From Xylanibacter ruminicola 23 (GTDB lineage: Bacteria > Bacteroidota > Bacteroidia > Bacteroidales > Bacteroidaceae), in contig NC_014033.1 of the NCBI RefSeq assembly GCF_000025925.1, forward strand, positions 1,830,001 to 1,862,000: 32,000 nucleotides of DNA, in the 5' to 3' direction. Shown here one piece after another: positions 8,468 to 14,691 of the stretch (positions are counted from its first letter, which is position 1; every line of letters starts with the position of its first letter). A program made the position numbers and the translations under genes. The notes under the pieces are model-generated. The model ran no database searches. It saw only the letters and a list, made by a program, of their open reading frames with translations, and was not told the origin of the DNA.

Positions 8468-9317
8468 GATTACGAATATTTTGATATTTATCAAATACTT
8501 GCCAAAGCTGCTGCTGAGTTGATATAGAGATTGGTGCCATGCCAACAAACGACAACATCCGATTGTAACTATTAGGAACCATATCGGCATCGAACATTGT
8601 CCAATCAGTATTAAGCACACTCAGCTCATCAAACATTGCTGTTGGATACAATCTTCCATCGTCAAGATGAAACATTGACATAAATGCCAAAGTCATCAGA
8701 CTATCAAGTGAAGATTTAAAACTAATGCTTGATTTCCTTTCAGCCACTCCAACAAATCCACCTTGTGTTTGCCAATAGTTATTATTTGAACGACGATTCT
8801 GGGTACTCCAGCTAACGGTTTCAACTTTCCTTACTATGTTTCTATTATCAAAAGCAGCAACCTTCCCTATCTCTGAATAAGACTTAACAGATAGTTCAAG
8901 CCTATTTCTGTAATTGACATACTGCATCGACTGGATCTTACTAAAATCCTTCATGCGTTTCACTACAGGCGATTCTACAGAAATATATCTAACTACATCA
9001 TTTGCGGTATCAGAGATATGACAGAATGAGTTTTCTAATATTTTCGAATCAACTTTTGCAGGTACTTCTTTTATAAGTACAAGTATTGGAATAAGTTTAT
9101 ATCCATAGCTCAGCTGAGACAAAAATAATCTACGCAGAAGGTAATCGATATTCTCCCCCTCTTTATAAGACTGCACATAAACAGCAAACAGCTTGCTGCC
9201 ATTTGCAGCTATCAAATCAGGATTATCCAATGTAAATGGATTCTCTGGTGATATCAGGCATCGCTCGCAATTATTTGCGACAGTTTCAATAAAATAATGT
9301 TTGTCCGCTATCCTCAT
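8454..9317 (-). CDS. Hypothetical protein (287 aa), partner of the HEPN-like gene
   Basis: ORF track. It starts 12 nt after the epimerase stop and overlaps the downstream HEPN-like gene. I recognised no family motif. There is only a weak PD...QSYK pattern in the N-terminal third. Confidence 0.6.
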   Translation of the reverse strand: MRIADKHYFIETVANNCERCLISPENPFTLDNPDLIAANGSKLFAVYVQSYKEGENIDYLLRRLFLSQLSYGYKLIPILVLIKEVPAKVDSKILENSFCHISDTANDVVRYISVESPVVKRMKDFSKIQSMQYVNYRNRLELSVKSYSEIGKVAAFDNRNIVRKVETVSWSTQNRRSNNNYWQTQGGFVGVAERKSSISFKSSLDSLMTLAFMSMFHLDDGRLYPTAMFDELSVLNTDWTMFDADMVPNSYNRMLSFVGMAPISISTQQQLWQVFDKYQNIRNHVAR

Positions 9318-9329
9318 AGATATACATCG

Positions 9330-10391
9330 TTATTTATAATAGCTTTTATACCATTCCGAAAAATCACGAAGCCCTTCTCTTAATGAAATCTTTGGTGTAA
9401 ATCCAAAATCACGTTCCAAGGCTGTTGCATCAGCAAACGTTGCAGGCACATCGCCTGGCTGCATGGGTACCAATTGTTTGTGAGCTTCGAAATCGAAATC
9501 CTTTGGCAGTACGCCAGCACGAACCAATTCTTCTTGAAGGATATTCACGAAATCGAGTAATTTTTCGGGCTGCCCACCTCCAATGTTATACACAGCATAG
9601 GGTGGTACAGGTAAGCCATCCTCGCCTTTCTTACGTTCTGGAGCACCCTGCATTACACGTACAATACCCTCAACAATATCATCGACATATGTAAAATCGC
9701 GACGACAGTTGCCATAGTTAAATATCTGGATGGTTTCGCCTTTAATCAGTTTGTTGGTAAAACCAAAGTAAGCCATATCTGGACGACCTGCAGGGCCATA
9801 CACTGTAAAGAAACGTAGACCAGTAGTGGGGATATCGTAGAGTTTGCTGTAGCAATGTGCCATCAACTCGTTTGATTTCTTTGTGGCTGCATAAAGCGAT
9901 ACAGGATTGTCTACACGATCGTCGGTAGAGAATGGTACTTTCTTATTGCCACCATACACACTGGAACTTGAAGCATAAACTAGATGCTCAACTGGGTGAT
10001 TCCTACAGGCTTCGATGATATTGTAGAAACCGATTATATTTGACTGGATGTAAGCATCGGGATTGGTGATACTATAGCGGACACCGGCCTGTGCTGCAAG
10101 GTTTACCACTACATCGAAATTATACTGAGCAAACAGTTTCTCTATCAAGTCCTTATCAGCCAAATCTCCCCGTACAAAGTGCCATTGAACATGGAACATT
10201 GAACATTGAACATTTAGTTTCTTGAGGCGATACTCCTTTAGGCGAACATCGTAATAATCGTTCATATTATCGATGCCTACGATAGTTGCGCCCTTTACAT
10301 CCTTAAATAAACGATGTACCAGATAAGATCCAATGAATCCTGCAGCACCAGTTACAAGGATACACTTGTTATCTAAGTTAATCTTTTCCAT
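9330..10391 (-). CDS. NAD-dependent nucleotide-sugar epimerase, UDP-glucuronate 4-epimerase-like (SDR family)
   Basis: 353 aa. It has LVTGAAGFIGSYL (the GxxGxxG motif), NLAAQAGVRYS, the catalytic YAATKKSNE (YxxxK), and FFTVYGPAGRPDMA, typical of the CapI/WbnF/Uge group. Confidence 0.85.
   Translation of the reverse strand: MEKINLDNKCILVTGAAGFIGSYLVHRLFKDVKGATIVGIDNMNDYYDVRLKEYRLKKLNVQCSMFHVQWHFVRGDLADKDLIEKLFAQYNFDVVVNLAAQAGVRYSITNPDAYIQSNIIGFYNIIEACRNHPVEHLVYASSSSVYGGNKKVPFSTDDRVDNPVSLYAATKKSNELMAHCYSKLYDIPTTGLRFFTVYGPAGRPDMAYFGFTNKLIKGETIQIFNYGNCRRDFTYVDDIVEGIVRVMQGAPERKKGEDGLPVPPYAVYNIGGGQPEKLLDFVNILQEELVRAGVLPKDFDFEAHKQLVPMQPGDVPATFADATALERDFGFTPKISLREGLRDFSEWYKSYYK
10183..10215. repeat. 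Heptanucleotide tandem repeat (CATTGAA x ~4.7) inside the epimerase CDS
   Basis: CATTGAA CATGGAA CATTGAA CATTGAA CATTT. It encodes NVQCSMFHVQW on the minus strand. Confidence 0.8.
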
Positions 10392-11115
10392 ATTTCTCTA
10401 CAGCAGCATAATATGTATCAAGACTACCGATATCAAATCTCCCTGCACTCATGGGCCAGGCATGCATAGTGGTGTGTTCTACCATATAATGTGCCAGATT
10501 GCCAGGGGCATCTTTGCCACAGCCATTTTCTACAGAGTGGCGTACCAAGGCGAGATCTTCCTTTAGATAGATATAGAAAGGAGGTACAGCCCAATGACTT
10601 TTGGGGGCTTGTGGTTTCTCCTCCATACCAAGTACGCGGTTGTTCTCGTCGAGCTCTACAACACCTGTGCGCTGAAGTTTCTCTATGCTTGGCTGCTCAT
10701 GACACATGATGCAAGAGGTTTTCTTGGCTTTAGCGAAATCAACGAACACCTGGAAAGAGAAGAATAGCAGGTTATCGGCTGCTACCACCAGCAAATCGTC
10801 GTTGATATGCAGCTTATCCATCGCAAAAAGCAAGTCGCATACGGCACCAAGGCGGGTTTCGTTTGTATCCGTGCCATCATCAACAATCGTGATGGGCTTG
10901 GTATAATGCTGAGCTTTTGCCCAATCTTCGAAGATACCGGCAAACTTATGATTGGTAATGATGATATGCTCGGTGATGTCATCGATTGCATCGATGTCGT
11001 CAAGCATACGGCCTAAGATGGTGTTATTACCAATCTTTAGCAACGGTTTCGGAAAGTTCTTGGTTAACTCACCCAAACGAGTGGCGTAACCAGCAGCTAT
11101 TACAATATTAATCAT
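10378..11115 (-). CDS. Sugar-1-phosphate nucleotidyltransferase
   Basis: 245 aa. The N-terminal IVIAAGYATRLGELTKNFPKPLLKI is the G-x-G-T-R-L nucleotidyltransferase signature. Both ends overlap neighbouring genes. Confidence 0.8.
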   Translation of the reverse strand: MINIVIAAGYATRLGELTKNFPKPLLKIGNNTILGRMLDDIDAIDDITEHIIITNHKFAGIFEDWAKAQHYTKPITIVDDGTDTNETRLGAVCDLLFAMDKLHINDDLLVVAADNLLFFSFQVFVDFAKAKKTSCIMCHEQPSIEKLQRTGVVELDENNRVLGMEEKPQAPKSHWAVPPFYIYLKEDLALVRHSVENGCGKDAPGNLAHYMVEHTTMHAWPMSAGRFDIGSLDTYYAAVEKYGKD

Positions 11116-12257
11116 TATTCTACAAATCTTGCTCCATCATCTGGCTTTACCCAAAACACCTGGAATGTTTTTTCGTACTCAGGGAACTGAGCCAGATATT
11201 TTTCGGTTAATACCTTTTCTATTTCAACCTTATGAGCTGGGTTAACCAAAGCTATGCAAGCACCCTTGAAACCGGCACCAGAAAAACGACCACCATATAT
11301 GCCTGGCAGGGCACGCATAATCTCGTAGATGGCTATCAACTCAGGACTACCGCACTCGTAGTTATGGATACTGCTCTCACAAGAGTCGAAGCTCAGTTTT
11401 CCAAAGAGTTTCAAATTACCCGTTTCCCATGCTGTTACACCCTGACGCACACGGCGATATTCGCTATAGAAATGTTCGGCTCGACGGGCAAAACGCTGGG
11501 GCATGGCAATACGTGTTTTCTCGAAGGTAGCCTTTGAAATATCGCGTAAGAACGTCTTATCGAAAGTTTTCAGTGGCTGATCGGTATAAGCCAACATATT
11601 CCAAGCAGCAGTCTTACACTCGAAAACACGAAGGTTATAATCGCTATTAACGAGACTTCGGGTTAATCCAGAGAAGAAAATACCAATCTCGAAATCTGGC
11701 ATATCAGGATGACGTTTGATGATACGCCAATCGTTGCTATCGCAATCTAGGAAGAGCAAACCATCTTTCTTACCTAAGGCAATGCAAGCCTGATCGAGCA
11801 AACCGTTATTTAAACCGATATACTCACGCTCAGCCTCGGATGCTATCTTTACTATCTCGAAGGGTTGAAGTGTAATGTCGTTAGCCTTGGCAAATGCCAT
11901 CACATAGGCAATCAATACAGCAGCACTGGATGACAAGCCACCCACAGGCAGTGAACCTTGAATAACACCAGTGATGCCATGTTTCAATGCGAAACGTTTG
12001 CAAAGCGCATACTTAGCACCACGGGCATAGTCGCCCCAATGTCGCTCGCGCACCTGAGAAGGTGCATCAATCTCGAAATCAACCAACCCCTCGAAGGTTT
12101 TTGACTCCAGATGTACATGACCATCCTCGTTCACATCAAACCAAAGGTCTACACCTTTATCGATGGCAAAGCCAGTTACCAGTCCATGTTGATGATCAAC
12201 ATGTGCCCCCAACGGGCAAACTCTATATGGTGAAAATATATGGTATTGCATAAACAT
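11115..12257 (-). CDS. GHMP-family sugar kinase (galactokinase-like anomeric sugar-1-kinase)
   Basis: 380 aa. LPVGGLSSSAAVLIAY is GHMP motif II, PLGAHVDHQHG resembles the galactokinase signature GEHxDY, and GGRFSGAGFKGACIAL is motif III. Confidence 0.8.
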   Translation of the reverse strand: MFMQYHIFSPYRVCPLGAHVDHQHGLVTGFAIDKGVDLWFDVNEDGHVHLESKTFEGLVDFEIDAPSQVRERHWGDYARGAKYALCKRFALKHGITGVIQGSLPVGGLSSSAAVLIAYVMAFAKANDITLQPFEIVKIASEAEREYIGLNNGLLDQACIALGKKDGLLFLDCDSNDWRIIKRHPDMPDFEIGIFFSGLTRSLVNSDYNLRVFECKTAAWNMLAYTDQPLKTFDKTFLRDISKATFEKTRIAMPQRFARRAEHFYSEYRRVRQGVTAWETGNLKLFGKLSFDSCESSIHNYECGSPELIAIYEIMRALPGIYGGRFSGAGFKGACIALVNPAHKVEIEKVLTEKYLAQFPEYEKTFQVFWVKPDDGARFVE

Positions 12258-12283
12258 TCCTATCCGTTAAAAGATATAAAATG

Positions 12284-12299
12284 TGTCCCCACGGGGACA
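12284..12299 (-). terminator. Hairpin TGTCCC-CACG-GGGACA followed by a U-rich tract, 27 nt upstream of the kinase start
   Basis: 6-bp GC-rich stem with a tetraloop. On the minus strand it is followed by CATTTTATATCTTTT. It is a terminator-like element inside the operon. Confidence 0.35.
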
Positions 12300-12484
12300 G
12301 ATATTTTGTAGTTTCATTACTTATTCGCACCTTTGCAAGGTTGATATAAGCAATAACGATTAATCATAAAATTAACATCTAAAAATTATGACAAAATTAA
12401 ATTTCATCAAGACAAATTTACATCATGTCACCGAACCATCCTCGATTGCGGGCTTTCTGAAGCAATATCCTCATCCCTTCTTAA

Positions 12485-12545
12485 CCCCCTCTCTATATAG
12501 TCCCCACCCTCTCTCTAAAGAGAGGTGGGGCTATAGAAAGAGGGG
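12485..12545. repeat. 61-bp imperfect palindrome (nested hairpin)
   Basis: CCCCCTCTCTATATAG-TCCCCACCCTCTCTC-TAAA-GAGAGGTGGGG-CTATAGAAAGAGGGG. The inner and outer arms are complementary with a few mismatches. Confidence 0.7.
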
Positions 12546-12584
12546 TGTAAGGGATAGAGATATTTTCCTTATTGGTTTTCATCG

Positions 12585-12650
12585 AAAATCAAGTTGATTT
12601 TTACTCAAAATCAAGTTACTTTTGATCCAAAATCAAGTTAGTTTTTACTG
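12585..12650. repeat. Three tandem 22-bp direct repeats AAAATCAAGTTNNTTTTNNNNN
   Basis: The units are AAAATCAAGTTGATTTTTACTC, AAAATCAAGTTACTTTTGATCC and AAAATCAAGTTAGTTTTTACTG, head to tail with no spacers. An inverted CAACTTG follows at 12655-12661. Confidence 0.85.
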
Positions 12651-12713
12651 ACCATCAACTTGGTTATCTGACACTAACCGGTCATAAATGGTCAATTTAC
12701 TATCCGGTTATCG

Positions 12714-12721
12714 TACTTTTG
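12714..12721 (+). promoter_or_regulatory. Plus-strand -7 box TACTTTTG, antisense to the CPS operon
   Basis: Exact TAnnTTTG match. It is followed by a 35-codon ORF (12751-12858, MTYKQTTLFGAFNEPFFHRNREASPKIGVPLNRGT) and by the 12814-12881 hairpin. Confidence 0.35.
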
Positions 12722-12813
12722 CAACGAAATAATTATCAAAATTCAGCGATATGACGTACAAACAGACAACACTTTTTGGAGCTTTCAACGAACCGTTTTT
12801 TCATCGTAATCGA

Positions 12814-12881
12814 GAGGCCTCCCCCAAGATTGGAGTACCCCTTAACAGGGGTACGTAAATCTTTAGGGGGAAAAGGGCCTC
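12814..12881. other. 68-nt three-tier hairpin (candidate structured RNA or terminator)
   Basis: GAGGCC/GGCCTC is the outer stem, TCCCCC/GGGGGA the middle stem, and GTACCCCT-TAAC-AGGGGTAC the terminal 8-bp stem. All pairs are Watson-Crick, so the strand cannot be assigned. Confidence 0.5.
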
Positions 12882-12888
12882 GAAGTGC

Positions 12889-12960
12889 GGTGAATTAACT
12901 CAAAAGGGGCAATGAATTAATTCATTAGGGGTTTTGAATTAATTGACGGTTTTTTAGGGG
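12889..12960. repeat. Three direct repeats of TGAATTAAYT...AGGGG immediately after the upxY stop
   Basis: The units are GTGAATTAACTCAAAAGGGG, CAATGAATTAATTCATTAGGGG and TTTTGAATTAATTGACGGTTTTTTAGGGG. The middle unit contains the perfect 14-bp palindrome ATGAATTAATTCAT (12912-12925). Confidence 0.75.
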
Positions 12961-13653
12961 TTATATTTTCTGGAGGAACGGGGTTGGAATGTAGGCGGTG
13001 GCGCAGAGGCAATTGAGGGCGGTAAGAGCAACGAGCACTCGTTGCTGACCGCGGGCTCGGATAACACGCCCACGAACACCTTTGAACTGACCACAGATAA
13101 CCTCGACCTCATCGTCGGTCTTGTAATGGAAGTCGCCACCTTGGAGCATCAGTAGATTCTCGTCGTTAGTGCAGGTGGCACGGATAAAGTTGAGCATCTC
13201 GTGCTCAGGGATAGTAAGCGGCGGGTTGCGCCAGTTCTCACCCTCGACAAAATGATTGTAGTAGAAGCTGAGGAACTCTGACAGCTGCGGTGCAGGCGAA
13301 GGCTCATCGGGATCGTTATTACGAACGAACATCATGGCCTGCCTGGGTATGAGATAGGCGAACACGATATTGGCAATGAGGCATTGCAACACCTTTTTAG
13401 GGCGCCCCTTCACCTCGATATAGGTATAGCGTTTGGGAACGTAGGCATAAACACCACTCTGGATGAGCAGCTGCTCGGCTAATATCTCACGACCATAGGA
13501 GGCACGAAGTACATACCAACGCTTATCAGGGTCAGGAGCGTATTCTACCGACACCCCTTTTTGTGCATTTACAGCTTCGGGGATGGCCATGGGGGTAAGT
13601 CCACAGCGGGTTATTGGTGATGTAGCCTTGTTAGCATTAGTCAATGCATCCAT
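12961..13653 (-). CDS. upxY: UpxY-family transcription antiterminator (NusG/KOW-like), first gene of the CPS locus
   Basis: 230 aa. KRWYVLRASYGREILAEQLL is an NGN-like start, and the C-terminal EVEVICGQFKGVRGRVIRARGQQRV is a KOW motif. Its position at the head of the polysaccharide operon fits UpxY. Confidence 0.85.
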   Translation of the reverse strand: MDALTNANKATSPITRCGLTPMAIPEAVNAQKGVSVEYAPDPDKRWYVLRASYGREILAEQLLIQSGVYAYVPKRYTYIEVKGRPKKVLQCLIANIVFAYLIPRQAMMFVRNNDPDEPSPAPQLSEFLSFYYNHFVEGENWRNPPLTIPEHEMLNFIRATCTNDENLLMLQGGDFHYKTDDEVEVICGQFKGVRGRVIRARGQQRVLVALTALNCLCATAYIPTPFLQKI

Positions 13654-14029
13654 ATCGGCCTACTGTTTTTAGGCGCGCCAAAGTCTTGGCGGCAAGGCAT
13701 AAAAAAAGCGTGGAATCGTCGCTGCCTATTCCACGAACTGAGGCTCTGGTATGCCCATTGCAGTTGAACAGACAACGTCAGAGCCCACGCCGATATGAAT
13801 ACAGTTCACCCTACCCCACATACGGAGATAGGGGACGCGTATAAACACATCCCGAGGACATCTACCGTTGCTATGTTCAAGACTGCAAATGTGAATTTAC
13901 CAGATTCCAGTTCGTCTTAAACGTAGCGCTTGTAAACGCCTTTAATATGTACGAAAACTCGCTACCCACCCTTCCACTTCTTGGCACGATTGCCTTGAAT
14001 CCGGCGTGGACATGACGAGAATTCGGGCA

Positions 14030-14037
14030 CAAAAATA
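14030..14037 (-). promoter_or_regulatory. Candidate CPS-operon promoter -7 box (TATTTTTG on minus strand)
   Basis: Plus-strand CAAAAATA is the reverse complement of the Bacteroidetes TAnnTTTG consensus. A TTTG lies 20 nt upstream on the minus strand. This placement would give a leader of roughly 370 nt before upxY. Confidence 0.4.
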
Positions 14038-14169
14038 CACCTTTTATTTGAAATAACCAAAGAAAAAGCCAATAAAGAATAAAAAAATCCTCCTGCCTTG
14101 ATTAAAAGCAGAAAATAACAATTTGTTCATCTTCTTTTCAAAAAACTTGCATGTTTCAACTATTTGTTT

Positions 14170-14177
14170 TATATTTG
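14170..14177 (+). promoter_or_regulatory. Promoter -7 box TATATTTG for the 14206-15191 operon
   Basis: Exact TAnnTTTG match 29 nt upstream of ATG 14206, with a TTGC 19 nt further upstream. Confidence 0.5.
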
Positions 14178-14205
14178 CAGCGTCTTAACAATATTAGAGT
14201 TATAT

Positions 14206-14691
14206 ATGGAAGATAATAATATCAAAATGGCTTCAGAGCCTGCAGTAGCATATCCCATAACATCTTATACGGATGTGATGGAGTATATTCACTCTATCCA
14301 TATATCACGTGAAGACAAGGAGAAAGTGGCTCAGCGTCTTACAGTTGAGGTAACTCAACCAGCTTTGGCTGAGGCTTATGATCGCATAGATCACCTAAGT
14401 ACGCTTGGAATAGATTGGGATGGCCACGGAGCTCTTCCTATATCATTTCGAGTACTTAAAAATATCAAGAGCGTTCTGATGATTTCACAGAATTCTGATT
14501 GGGAACACTGGATGATTGCTCCTGATACTAACGCTACGATTGATTTGGAGTCGGAAAAAACTGGAGCTGTAATCAGTCTTGGAGCTTATGAGTATTCTTA
14601 TTTTGCAAAGGTTAATGGTGAAAGATTAGGTGAGAGTCATATTGATTTTAAACCAGAGGCTTTCCTTGAATTAATGCGTAAACTCGGATGA
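14206..14691 (+). CDS. Hypothetical protein (161 aa), first gene of an uncharacterised two-gene operon; candidate antitoxin or immunity component
   Basis: I take the ATG at 14206 (MEDNNIK...), downstream of the -7 box; the ORF-track start at 14164 lies upstream of the likely TSS. It contains LGIDWDGHGALPIS. The stop overlaps the next start (ATGA). Confidence 0.6.
   Translation: MEDNNIKMASEPAVAYPITSYTDVMEYIHSIHISREDKEKVAQRLTVEVTQPALAEAYDRIDHLSTLGIDWDGHGALPISFRVLKNIKSVLMISQNSDWEHWMIAPDTNATIDLESEKTGAVISLGAYEYSYFAKVNGERLGESHIDFKPEAFLELMRKLG

Noticed and set aside
8468-8620. Longer 203-aa version of the HEPN-like ORF
   Set aside because: The extra 51 codons lie entirely within the upstream 287-aa gene and encode Cys/Ile/Leu-rich nonsense. 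The internal ATG at 8467 gives a typical 14-nt overlap.
12388-12597. 69-aa plus-strand ORF in the upxY-kinase spacer
   Set aside because: It reads straight through the 61-bp palindrome and into the 22-bp repeats. The product is low-complexity (P/S/L/R-rich). I found no promoter box or RBS-like tract, so the structure of the DNA explains the open frame.
12585-12650. CRISPR array
   Set aside because: The three 22-bp repeats are directly adjacent with no spacers, and there are no cas genes in the window.
13919-13976. Possible invertible-promoter inverted repeats of the B. fragilis Mpi type in the CPS leader
   Set aside because: AAACGTAGCG only partly resembles the ARACGTWCGT-type site as I recall it. 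The only inverted partner is a 6-nt match 45 bp away, and it does not flank the candidate -7 box. There is no support for an invertible promoter here.
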